DNA from: Ginglymostoma cirratum
Taxonomy: Eukaryota
Assembly (NCBI GenBank): GCA_024137785.1
Contig: JAHRHZ010000144.1
Coordinates: 73,548,391-73,612,390, forward strand
Length of the DNA: 64,000 nt
Direction of reading: 5' to 3'
Shown: positions 12,620 through 25,400 of the stretch, piece by piece
How positions within the stretch are numbered: position 1 is the stretch's first letter
Layout of the letters: each line of letters begins with the position of its first letter
Made by a program: the position numbers and the translations under genes
The notes under the pieces: generated by a model
Database searches by the model: none
Seen by the model: the letters and a program-made list of their open reading frames with translations, nothing else
Told to the model about the DNA's origin: nothing

Positions 12620-13345
12620 GCCATTAGAGAATTTTACTAGACTAAAACCTGAAATAATGGTTTATGGGGTTGTCTTATGAGGAAAATTTGGACAGGCTAG
12701 GCTTCTATCTGCTGGAGTTTAGAAAAGTAACAGCAACTTGATTGAAATACTTAAGATCCTCAGGGGTTTTTGTCAGGATGAATGTGAGTAGGATGTTCCT
12801 TCTTATGGGAGAATCTAAAACTAGGTGGTCACTTATTGTAGCTATGGGGTCAGTTATTTAAAACTGAGTTAAGGAGATTATTGTTGGAAAAGCTCAGCAG
12901 GTCTGGCAGCATCTATGTAGAGAAATCAGAGTTAACATTCGGGTTGAGTGGCACTTCCTCAGGACAGGGATAAAAGGGTCTGAGGAAGGGTCACCCTACC
13001 CGAAACGTTAACTCTGATTTCTTTCCACAGATGCTGCCAGACCTGCTGAGCTTTCCCAGCAATTTCCATTTTTGGTCACTTATTTACAGCATCCGCAGTT
13101 CTTTCGGTTTTTATTTAAGGAGATTATTATCCTCCGAGACGGTCATGAGGCTTTAGGATTTTCTCCCTGAAAAGGCTGTGGAAGCAGAATTTGTGAATAC
13201 TTTTAAGATGAAGGTGCAAGAATCCTTGATGGACAAGACAAAAGGTTATCAGGAGTAGATTTGAGGTTACAAACAGAATAGCCAGAATCTTATTGAATGG
13301 CAGAGCAGTCTTGAAGATCTGAATTAACTGCTACTGCTCCTTGTA
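12620..13345 (+). mobile_element. CR1-clade LINE 3' fragment, split by the palindromic insertion
   Basis: GLSYEENLDRLGFYLLEFR-like coding remnant. Sequence resumes after the duplicated TTAAGGAGATTATT and ends in a CR1-like tail. Confidence 0.75.
12883..13114 (+). mobile_element. Short palindromic non-autonomous element, probably Penelope-like (PLE) derived; 14-bp TSD
   Basis: Arms ~12881-12962 and ~12979-13062 are reverse complements with scattered mismatches. TTAAGGAGATTATT occurs at 12869-12882 and 13115-13128. Contains CTGAGGA-AGGGT..ACCC-GAAACGTT. Confidence 0.75.
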
Positions 13346-13420
13346 CATTTGTGTGCACTGTCATGCATATCATTTGCACTCTGTGGGCTTTTACTTTTAA
13401 GGAATGGGCAGAAGAATGTA

Positions 13421-16123
13421 AAACAAAGAACAAAGAACAACGAAAATTTCAGCACAGGAACAAGCCCTTTGGCCCTCCAAGCCCGCTCCGATCGAGATCC
13501 TCTATCTAAACCTGATACTTATTTTACAAGGATCTGTATCCCTCTGCTCCCTGCCCATTCATGTATCTGTCCAGATACATCTTAAATGATGCTATCGTGC
13601 CCACCTCTACCACCTCCGCTGGCAACGCGTTCCAGGCACCCACCACCCTCTGCGTAAAGAACTTTCCACGCATATCTCCCTTAAACTTTTCCCCTCTCAC
13701 CTTGAAATCGTGACCCCTAGTAATTGAGTCCCCCACTCTGGTAAAAAGCTTCTTGCTATCCACCCTGTCTACACCTCTCATGATTTTGTAGATGTCAATC
13801 AGGTCCCCCCTCAACCTCTATCTTTCTAATGTAAATAATCCTAATCTACTCAACCTCTCTTCATAGCTAGCACACTCCATACCAGGCAACATTCTGGTGA
13901 ACCTCCTCTGCACCCTCCCCAAAGCATCCACATTCTTTTGGTAATGTGGCGACCAGAACTGTACGCAGTATTCCAAATGTGGTCGAACCAAAGTCCTATA
14001 CAACTGTAACATGACCTGCCAACTCTTGTACTCAATACCCTGTCCAACGAATGAAAGCATGCCGTATGCCTTCTTCACCACTCTATCGACCTGCGTTGCC
14101 ACCTTCATGGTACAATGGACCTGAACACCCAGATCTCTCTGTGTATCAATTTTCCCCAGGGCTTTTCTATTTACCGTATAGTTCACTCTTGAATTGGATC
14201 TTCCAAAATGCATCACCTCGCATTTGCCTGGATTGAACTCCATCTGCCATTTCTCCGCCCAACTCTCCAAGCTATCTATATTCTATTGCATTCTCCGACA
14301 GTCCCCTTCGCTATCTGCTACTGCACCAATCTTAGTGTCGTCTGCAAACTTGCCAATCAAACCATCTATACATTCCTCCAGATCATTTATGTTTATCACA
14401 AACAACGGTGGTCTCAACACAGATCGCTGTGGAACACCACTGGTCACAGTTCTTCATTTTGAGAAACTCCCTTCCACTACAACTCTCTGTCTCCTGTTGC
14501 CCAGCCAGTTCTCTATCCATCTAGCTAGTACACTCTGGACCCCATGCGACTTCACTTTCTCCATCAGCCTACCATGGGGAACCTTATCAAATGGCTTACT
14601 GAAGTCCATGTATATGACATCTAAAGCCCTTTCCTCATCTATCATCTTTGTCACTTCCTAACAGAATTCTTTCAAGTTGGTAAGACAAGACCTTCTCTGC
14701 ACAAAATGCTGCCTATCACTAATAAGCCCATTTTCTTCCAAACGTAAATAGATCCTATCCCTCAGTATCTTCTCCAGCAGCTTCCCCATCACGGACGTCA
14801 GGCTCACCGGTCTATAATTACCTGGATTATCCCTGCTACCCTACTTAAGCAAGGGGAAAACATTAGCAATTCTCCAGTCCTCCGGGACCTCAGCCATGCT
14901 AAAGGATGCTGCAAAGATATCTGTTAAGGCCCCAGCTATTTCCTCTCTCACTTCCTTCAGTAACCTGGGATAGATCCCATCCAGACCTGGGGACTTGTCC
15001 ACCCTAATGCCTTTTAGAATACCCAACACTTCCCTCCTCCTCATGCCGACTTGACCTAGAGTAATCAACAGCTGTCTCTAACCTCAACATCCGTCATGTC
15101 CCTCTCCTCAGTGAATACCGACGCAAAGTACTCATTAAGAATCGCACTCATTTTCTCCGACTCCTCACGTAACTTCCCTCCTTTGTCCTTGAGTGGGCCA
15201 ATCCTTTCTCTAGTTACCCTCTTTATGTATGAATAAAAGGCTTTGGGATTTTCCATAACCCTGTTTGCTAAAGATATTTCATAACCCCTTTTAGCCCTCT
15301 TAATTCCTCGTTTCAGATTGCTCCTACATTCCCGATATTCTTCCAGAGCTTCGTCTGTTTTCAGTCGCCTAGACCTTATGTATGCTTCCTTTTTTCTCTT
15401 TGCTAGTCTCACAATTTCACCTGTCATCCATGGTTCCCTAATCTTGCCCTTTTTATCCCTCATTTTCACAGGGACATGTCTGTCCTGCACTCTAATCAAC
15501 CTCCCTTTAAAAGCCTCCCACATATCAAATGTGGATTTACCCTCAAACAGCTGCTCGCAATCCACATTCCCCAGCTCCAGACGAATTTTACTATAGTTGG
15601 CCTTCCCCTAGTTCAGCACTCTTCCTTCAGGGCCACTCTCGTCTTTGTCCATCAGTATTCTAAAACTTACAGAATTGTGATCACTATTCCCAAAGTAATC
15701 CTCTACTGAAACTTCAACCATCTGGCTGGGCTTATTCCCCAACACCAGGTCCAGCATGGCCCCTTCCCGAGTTGGACTATTTACATACTTCTCTAGAAAA
15801 CCCTCCTGGATGCTCCTTACAAATTCTGCTCCATCTAAACCCCTAACACTAAGTGAGTCCCAGTCAATATTGGGAAAATTAAAATCTCCCATCACCACCA
15901 CCCTGTTGCTCCTACATCTTTCCATAACCTGTCTACATATTTGTACCTCTATCTCACGATCGCTGCTGGGAGGCCTGTAGTACTGCCCCAACATTGTTAC
16001 CGCACCCTTCCTATTTCTGAGCTCTGCCCATACTGTCTCACTGCTCGAGTTCTCCATAGTGCCCTCCTTCAGCACAGCTGCGATATCCTCTTTGACCAGT
16101 AATGCAGCTCCTCCACCCCTTTT
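13421..16123 (-). mobile_element. 2.7-kb 5'-truncated CR1-clade LINE (HER1-like) with partial APE endonuclease and RT; best preserved copy in the window
   Basis: Fragments GQYYRPP..VVMGDFNFPNIDW..PTREGAMLDLVL..SDHN (endonuclease), KSPGLDGIYPRLL, DVIYMDFSKPFDKVPH, KFADDTK and LVRPHLEYCVQFWSP, broken by stops and frameshifts. (TTCTTTG)n tail. Confidence 0.95.
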
Positions 16124-16879
16124 ACTAAAATCATAGTTAAACTCCATAGTCATAATTAAACCTCTTCCCATGTCCTCCATCAGAGTGCTGCTGACACGTT
16201 ATTGCATTCTGTGATCTTCTGTTCTCATAAACTAAACAGAACTGAGCAGCAAATTTAAGCAGAGTCTTGGCATCAATCTGATCTATTCTATATACAGCAC
16301 TGATGATTTTCTTCTGTACCTGTGGTAAGGGTACTGCAAAGGACCACAAGCACCATTTCAAGGTGTCCAGAGACTCAGAATATTCATGCCAATTTTAAAA
16401 AGCATATTTTACTTTCTCAGCAAATTTATTCCACACCCTTCCTCTTGCTTTGAAGCTGTCTCATGGCTTTTTTCTATCATTTACCTTGTGTGCATGGTTG
16501 TTATTTATGTTTCAGCCCTTGCACAAGTGCCAATTTTGATTACGGACATAGGGAGTGGTGGTAGTCATCATACTTGCGCTAGACGTTATCCTCCTGCCTT
16601 GTCCACACAACACATTTCCAGCAGGAATTTCTGGATAATTTTCAGGACTTGGATCTCTAGATAATTTTCCCATCCCCTAACCTGCAGTAATAAGGTTAAT
16701 TGTAGCACCCCTGTTGTTACCCAACTGAGATCAGCTAACTTAGCATGGATTAGGAAGCAGACGTCCGCCTCTCTGCTTTGTATATTTCACCTGCTGGTCA
16801 TCAATGGTGCCCCAAAATCGGTTTTCTAAATTCTACACATGGTACACTTTGCAGATCTAATATTAAACATGAGGCATCA

Positions 16880-17135
16880 CTCTCCACCCACCCTCTCATG
16901 CAGACATAAAAGATCTTGTGGTACTTCTCTGAGAAGAATAGGGATGTTCTCCAATTGTCCTGGCTAACAGTTATCACGGAAAGACAGATTACCGAGCCAT
17001 TTATCCTAATACTGCTTGTGGGACCTTGCTGTGCACATATTGGCTACTATATTGCAACAATGACCTCAGTTGAAAAAATACTTTTCGACTCTGAAGCACA
17101 TTCTATCCCAATGCAACGTACTTCTTCTTTCTTTT
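16880..17135 (+). mobile_element. Decayed DeuSINE (SacSINE1-like) fragment
   Basis: TAAAAGATCTTGTGGTACTT..GAAGAATAGGGATGTTCTCCAATTGTCCTGGCTAA resembles the Deu domain, followed by GCTTGTGGGACCTTGCTGTGCAC. Confidence 0.55.
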
Positions 17136-20100
17136 ATAACCGCACAAAAAAATCAACCCCAGACTGTGATTTTGACTTGAAATCCAAATGACTTTTACAA
17201 ACTATCCATGCTTCATTCTCATGATTAGTGGTATCATTATGAGCCTTTCAACTCAGTAACTCACGTCTTCAATGTTCTGTCTCAAGTGGCAGAGGAGTCT
17301 GCTTTTTGCTTTAAAGCTACGTAGACTGCAAAGGTTTCTGATTTGTAACTACACACTTAGTAATTTGATACTAAATGTATTTTGAAAATGTAATTCAGAT
17401 TGTTTTCAGTTCAGGATTGAATGTTCATTTTGTTTTTAACAGTAACAGTGCAATTAAACAAACTCTCAAAGTGGGCAGTTAAGGGAAACGGGTGGGATGT
17501 GGAGCGAGGGCAGACAGTAATGGGGGACAATGACATATGGTAGCACAAAAATGTAGTGTGACAGGACACAGGCTTGACATCTGTTGTAACTTCCGATGGG
17601 GTTACATATTTATTCCACATCAGACTCCTAAAAGAATGAACTTATATGACAAAAGTCAAAGAAAAGGACAAAATGATGTCTGACACAGCATGCCTGCATG
17701 TTGAAAATTAAAATCTCCAACATGTGACATTAATAAAGGTTATGCTACTCAACATTGCTGTGTGAACATTTATGTTACGTATAATTAAGGATGTTGCTTT
17801 GCCAAGAGGCTATGGAGGTCACAAGTGAATTTGTACCTGATCTGTTCTTCCTAACCCTTCTGCATAAATTCTTTTTAAATTACATTGTGTGTACAAAATT
17901 GACTTGAACAACTGGTTTGATGTTTTGTTTCAAACTCTGAAATGCTGTTGGTTTCTTGCCAAATTGTGTTACCAATTATTGTGAAAGAGCTGTACACACT
18001 GTGAAATAAACTGACATTTGTAGGATAGTTTGTGCCGTGTGTGCGTCTCCCCCTCCCCCAGTTACATGGTGCAACAGAGATAAGTCACTGCAAAAGCAAC
18101 ACAGATTTGCTTGCAAGTAGGGTCCGTGACAGACCAAGCATTTTTTTTGACGTTTGTTGCCATTACTGGACTGCGACTTCAATTTCAAAAAAAAGACCAT
18201 AACAAAACATCCTTGCTTATAATAAACACCCATGTGTGGGTAAAAGGCAGTTACATAATCAGCAGTTTGAGATCATCTCCTATTTTGTATAGTTTACAAC
18301 ATCTAGTTGACTCTAATATTTTAATTGTCTTAAACACAGACGTTCATTTTTGCTAATCTAAGTAAAATTGTAATGATTTATTCACTTAAAAATGTATATA
18401 AACGTAGCAGTTGTGAAAACAATAATTGCAATAAATTTTTCTTTATATTATGTACCTTTTAATGCAATATAAGCAAATGTGCATTTACTAGTATGCTTTG
18501 CAGGGAATAAAAGCTCGTAAGTGACTGGGTGCAATTTCTTCTCATTAATAGGGCCAGTACAGGTGTGGCTTTTACCTCTCTTTACTTATTCAGCAGGACT
18601 GGCGCCTCTGCCCTGCTTGGTTATATAATAAGGAAATCAGGACTGCTAGCTGCTACTTCAGGGAGACCATTTCCTCACAGCTTGTTCAATTCACTGAATG
18701 ATTTAAGGCGAGCAAGTTGAAGTTATCAATGTAACTATCACTGAAGGCTATTAAAGGTATTGCTTTAGGATGGAATACTTCACCCCATTTTATTATTAAG
18801 TGGCCATCACAGACTTCTTCAGAGACTCCAAACCAGGTGTAACTGTGATGCATCTCTCAGCTGGATAGTTTGGGCTTCACAGATTAAAGCAGCCTCACTC
18901 AAATCATAGGGACGTTATATTTAAGATGCAGTGTTAATCCCATGTTCGCAACTTGCAGCAGCATGTCAGCAAGGTTTCACCTCACTAAAATTCCAATTTC
19001 TATTCAATCTTGCAAAATTAACATGAAACGGCGCATCAGCAGAAACCTCCCCCACCTTACTTCATTTATAAATTGCAAGAATGATGCTATTATATATTAT
19101 TAATTTCTGCTGTTCGCCACTGCAGTGATAGCACTGAGCCGCGGATGTTCTTGCTTTGTAATTAGGTTCTAGTAGGGCAGCCATCCGTCCCTTTTCAAAA
19201 ATTTACAGGATTCTTAATCACACTGCTCATTTGACTGTGCAGTAGCAAGTACAGTGAAACACAAACAGGCCACGTTCGTTTACACAGGAACACCTGCTTA
19301 GCCTGATAGCAGATGTCACCGTGAAGCGAGAGAGAAAAAAAGCAAAAGAGAGAGACCAGCCACGTGACAGACATGTAACAAGTAAATTTTACTTTTGCAT
19401 CCTAATTGACATACTAACTCTGCCCACCATTCCTCGATTGTTTTTTTTTAAAAGTTTGATTATGTAACCCCCTAAATCTACATATTAAAATTTTACAAAT
19501 GTCTGCCAGTTTGCTTGCTTGTGATATAAAGATGCCTTTGATTTACATTTTTTCACTTCTTGCTAAGAAACTGTAGCTCTGGAGGACAATGTAAAAATGT
19601 TTGATTTCCCTGAGAGGGGAAGGGGATGTCAGGAGTTAAGTTCTTTTAGCTGCGGTGTTTTAGTAGCATTAAAAATATTTGTGAAGATTCCCTTTACTTG
19701 ATGCTTCTAGAAAAAAAAAATTGAAAAAAAGATTTCAGTAGTCAAACTACATAACAGCCAGACATATTCTGTATATCAAACACTATTTGAAAAGTGGCAA
19801 GGATACAATTTTATCTTCAATCTTCCAGGTAATGAGAGTGCTGAATAGCCAAAACAAGGTGTTGTTCTCCATTAAGAACATCTTTCTTTGATGATATCTA
19901 TTCAATTGGAATATCAATTTGTAAATTAGGTATGAAATTAAATTCCCTCAGTTACTTAATGGACCTAAAACTAAAAAGAAAAGCTGATCCTGAAGTTAAA
20001 ATGTATTGATAATTTCTGCAAGGACAGAATCACTCACTAGCTTTTACTCCCAGTAAAGGCTTACAGGTAAATGTTTGTTTATATTGCATTAAAAGTACAT

Positions 20101-23100
20101 AACATAAAGAAGATTTAACATTGATTATTATTTTTATAACTACATTTTTATTCAGGAAGGATTCATCTGTTAAATGAAAGGAACATTCTTTGAAGGAAAA
20201 TTGCCATGAAAAATTTGTAATATTTCTGGCAGAAGCTCTGGTGCAGGAATGGTAAATATTGGAGCAATTAGAATGTATATGAAATGGTGTTGGTGGAACT
20301 ATCAGTGATTCTGAACAGATTGAGAGTTTCATTGCATCTTAAGATTTTTCAAAAGGCATGGTGCTCTATAAAGTACAGAAATTCACATGCCTCTAACCAT
20401 TTTTGATCTCTACAAATTGGCCTGCATGTACACATTGAAAAGTCTAGCTTGCAAGATAGAAGATCCACGCAGCATGGGTCCTTCAGAAAGTCATGATATA
20501 ACAGTTGCCAGAACACTATACTGCTGAATGCAATGAGAATTATTTTCTCAGAATATTAAAGTTTATTTGAACAAGTAAAAGGCTTCAGCATTTTTGAAGT
20601 TTATTAAGTGGAATTGTCAGGTTAGCAGAAAATGAAGTAGATTTTACATATCACAGCGTAGCAGTAGATCATAATATTGTGACGCACTGGAAAGCAGTTT
20701 CTTCACTACATGGTTAATGTATATCTTTGGCCCCTGCAGTAGGTATTTTGCAACTCCAGTCCTTGTATAGCGATAAATATGCAAGCATGTGTGAGTGTAG
20801 CGGAGACCACGTATTTCATGTATAAAAGAAAAGTCAAAGGGGCTTTAGCACACCAATTGTTCTTTTTTGGTATTATTGTGCTTTTAATGTTAACTATTTT
20901 TAATCTTCAAAGTGAAACAGGACACAATCATGAATTTCTTTTAAAGTGTGCTCTCTTTTCCCATCCATAGACTACCGCATTAAGCCTTCCCCCTTCATTA
21001 TGGATAAGCTTCCAGAGCTCTTAGGAATACCGGGCAAGGGGCCTTTTGCTTTCAAGGGCATGCGCAAGCCATACGAGTAATCACAAAGGAGCACCCAGGG
21101 AGTTTTAAGCTTTGACGGTTTTATATTTGATTGCAATGCTAATTCCAATGCATATTCTGTACCTGTTGCCTCCAAATGATGTGTCGATACTTTTTATAGT
21201 CACTATAGTTGCCTTTCCACTCTAATTTGGAACTTTCTTTGCCGAACTAGTACTTGTTGCGTGTGAAAATATACATATATCGATCCAGTCAGGATTTGAG
21301 ATGGACAGGATTTCTATTCATTGTCTGCATGGTTTACACTCCTTTCTAAATAATCAGACATCAGGAAAATGCCTTTAATTTCAGTGTTTATTAATACTAT
21401 CTGAATGTAGGTTCTATTATATGGCAGTGTGTCAGTGAAGGTCAACTGAAATGACGCATAACAATTAATCTCTACTCTTTTCACAAGCTTTCCAAATGCA
21501 CCATGATTCTATTCCGATCAACACAACAGGCATGTGCCTATGAATGAGTTAAGGCGGAGGGAAGAACTGTAAGAGCATGCACTCTCTTCATAAAACAGCT
21601 GGTACCAAGATCTGTTAGAATTGACATATTGATTGCTTCAAACATACGAATGTGCATTTCATAAACTCCATTTTCAAAGTGTAGACACATTTAGAGCTCT
21701 GTCATTTTCCCACATGGATCAATTATATGGCCACGTAATCCTGTTACCTGTGAAATCCATGCATGCTTTCTCCATTTGCTGCATATCCTAGGCGTGCAAG
21801 TTACATTAAGTGGATATAAGCAAACAGTATGTTATGATGAAATTAGGGATTGTTTTCCCACTGACAGTTCTGGAGCTGAGAGCGATGTCACCCTTTACCC
21901 TCCCCCTGAGAGAGAATCAGAAGACAGATTACCAAGTTATTCAATCCAGAACCAAAAAATAATGGACTATGAAAACAGTCCATTACGCATTGCGGAGATA
22001 AATAATCGTCTACTTTTCTCCAATCTGCAGGTATGACTGACTATTTATCTGAGGTTGTAGTCAGGAATTTGGTCGTGCACTATATTTTACAATTTATTTG
22101 GAGGCCATATTATTTCCTATAATATTTGACTTATCCTCTGTATTATCCTCTACTTAGAATAATAAAAGCTTATATAAACTGAATTGAAGAAAAAGAAACC
22201 TATCAAAACCAGTAACCTGTTGTATTAATGTTAGGAAATACTTAGATGTGAATAACCTGTTGCCAATTTCTAACTAGATTATCACAAGAAAAAGAGTCAC
22301 CAGGGATCAGGAACAGCAGTTATCAGCATCGTGACTCTATATCTAAGCACCTTCAAGACAGAGGAGAAAATCTTGGAGGAAAAACGGTACCCGATTAAAA
22401 AAAGCTTCTGAATTTTTCCATATGATTCTTTATTTGTAACAATACTGCTGTCGCCTGATACAAGCAGAAATAGGGAAACGGTTTTGTGAATAAGAAGTGA
22501 ATTCATGCTACTCTGGTAAATGACCTTGCTTTCTATGAGCCCAGAGAATGCAACAATCAAATTTCAGGGATTGAGATAAAAAACAAATGGAGAATATCAC
22601 AGAATCACAACCTTGTATGAACTAAGCCATTTACATCAACCCTCAAGGAAGAGAACCCTGTATGTCGGGTCAGGGGTGCTCCTGGGATCTTTGAAACCAG
22701 ATTGATGGCTCAAATGCACTCAGAAGAAACACCAGAAGATCACATAATTGTGGCACAAGTAGGAAAAGTAACAAATATATTGTTTACCTACAAACTAGTA
22801 AATGGCTATTAGGAATAATGCTCTCCTCTCATAACACTCAGAATGAAACATACAAACACACATACACTAGAAGCAAGATACGAAGCACATACGACATAAT
22901 AAGCAAAAAACACAACACAAACATATAATGTAAACATATATACACAAAGCTTGGGTTCTCAATGTCTTCTGCATCTATTTTCTACCCTTCAATGGTCTTG
23001 AGGCAGCTCACTCATGCTAAACTTGTCGAATACAATTTGTTTCCTGAAAGGTTCACAAAATCCCAAACTACCTTATGAAATATTGCCTGATCTGCTCACT

Positions 23101-24189
23101 GGAGTGGCTCAACAGAGCACAAAAGAAGCATCAAAAAGTGGCTACATGCTTAGTGCAATCTACAAGCACTCGGTGCACCATACTATTGTTCCAGTTAAGC
23201 AGGAAAGATAAATAGTGGTGTGTTAACCAGATTTGACATGCTGTGTAGAAGAGACATCTTCAGTCCCAAGACACAGCCAAACACAAAATACAAACATTTC
23301 CACTATCCACTTTGGACTGGATAAGGCTCTAACAATTTGTCACTTGGGTGTAAGAGCCCAAACCTGTGTGGCGGGTCACAGAATACCAAATGGTGTGCAC
23401 ATTTTTTTTTTGGAATCTGACAGTGGTATATGGTTTAATTAAGGCTGTAAAGACTAAACTTCATCTTGTTCTCCCCTTCAGAAGCCTGGCTTTGTATCTT
23501 CACTTTATTGAAGGAATCATTTTAATGTTATGATTTTAGGGATGGGGTAAGTGGCAGGGCAGAAGGACACAGCTAAAGTAAACCCATTGAGGTTAGATTG
23601 TTCTCTTGTGCTACACAAGGCTTGGTTTTGTGTCTAATATTATGAAAAGAATAATTCAAACAGTATTTGTGACTCACATGGCACACATTAGAAGACAAAT
23701 TATATAAACCAAGCAGAACCCAGGCTTGAAATTTTCACAGAACTATTTTAGTGGCATTTGCAATTGTCTCCTAATCTAGATAGTCAATTCCTATCTAATT
23801 ATCATTGTCTCAATGCTATGAAAGAGCAGATTTGCTATTTTATTCACCTTTTATTGTTGTTTTCTGTGAAAATTGACATATTATGATCACACCAGCATTT
23901 ACATGAACTATCTAAAACATCCATTTTGAATTGAATCTAAATTCCACTCTCTCTTTAAATCATTTTATGTCCAACACGGTAAAAGATTTTTTAAAACACT
24001 GAAACAGAAACTGTCATATGAAATCTAATGGCGGTCTAAAATAATAGACTTCATAGGATGGTACCACTGCAGAATGCTTCCATGCAAGCGGCTTTGGCGT
24101 ACCTGTAAAGCTATTCTTAGAGAAAATTTACTCTGCATTTTGGAAAAATGGTGCATGAATCAAACATAAAGCTCATCAAAATAATTATC

Positions 24190-25400
24190 TGATTTAATGA
24201 GCAAAATTATTACAAAGTAAACCATTTTAATAGAGGGCTGGGAATATAAAGATGCATTTGTTGAATAGAATCATGCGTCGTACAAAAGTGCTCCCCTAAG
24301 TAGAACACAGGTATTATACAAATAAGTCTATTCAAACAGAGTGAACACTGTACACAAATGTCCATTTAAGTTGAACACAGGTACGGACAAGTGTATGCAA
24401 ATCGAGCACATATTGTAGAAACAAACATATTAAAATACAGCACACGCTGTGTAAATTGTGTCTTCCTAAATGGAGCACATATTGTAAAAACATGCTGATT
24501 TAAATTGAGCACGCATTGTTTACATGTATTTCTTTAGATAGATGATAAAAAGTAAATATGCCCATTTTAGAAGAGTCCATAAACTATATAATCATCTGCA
24601 CGTCAAATATGCTGTATAAGTGTATTCAGTTAGACAACAAAGAGCAGAGTTCATATTAGATTAACATGTTTATTTCAAGCATATCTTGTATGAATTCATC
24701 CAGTAAAATAAGATGTTTCTTAATTCTGTTCAATAAAATAATATATTGTTTAATTCTGTTTAATAGAGCACAGGTTTAACTCAAAAGAACTACCCTATTC
24801 AGGTAGTTCTTGTCTTGTATAAGATATAAATAGTCTTACTCTGCATGAACAATCCATTTAAATTGAGCGAGGTTGCAACATATGCATTCATTTCAAATGA
24901 TGTGTACAGTACAAAAAGCTTCTTTTAAATAGTCAGTATATAATTATGTACACTTGAATTCACCACCTGTTAAGACCACTTGGGGGAAGTAGTAGAGGGT
25001 CACTGAAACCTAACGGAACTGTCTTCAAGCATGAGCCTTTATATTTGGAAGAAATATAGTACAGGGAGAAAACTGAATGAAGAAAAACAGAAGTAAACAC
25101 TTTATAAACATGTTTATTCAATTACAGAAAACAATTTATAAATGTTCCTATTTAACTACAGTGCAGGTACTGTGTAAACAGAAACACTGTGTGCTATATA
25201 ATTGTACTAATTAAACATGCTTATAAATATATCCATTTATGTAAAATGTACTGTTTAAATATGATATTTAAATCAGAGAGAAGTACGATATCAATATTTC
25301 CAATCAAGGCAAACATATAATGTACAATTGGAAATTAAATTGCACAGGCCAGGCTGACATATCGAACTTAATTAAAAAATATATAACGTGTCCCTCACAG
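24190..25400. repeat. Highly degenerate ~34-bp tandem repeat (ancient minisatellite)
   Basis: Consecutive units at ~24400-24536: AAATCGAGCACATATTGTAGAAACAAACATATTA / AAATACAGCACACGCTGTGTAAATTGTGTCTTCCT / AAATGGAGCACATATTGTAAAAACATGCTGATTT / AAATTGAGCACGCATTGTTTACATGTATTTCTTT. Periodicity fades on both sides. Confidence 0.65.

Noticed and set aside
12881-13062. Pre-miRNA gene
   Set aside because: The hairpin has a TSD and interrupts a LINE, so it is a mobile element. Small RNA production cannot be shown from sequence.
13524-16180. Long ORFs (96-190 aa) as host genes or an active retroelement
   Set aside because: They are consecutive frameshifted fragments of one 5'-truncated CR1 ORF2.
24190-25400. 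CRISPR-like periodicity
   Set aside because: Vertebrate DNA, contiguous degenerate units without identical repeats or unique spacers, and no cas genes.
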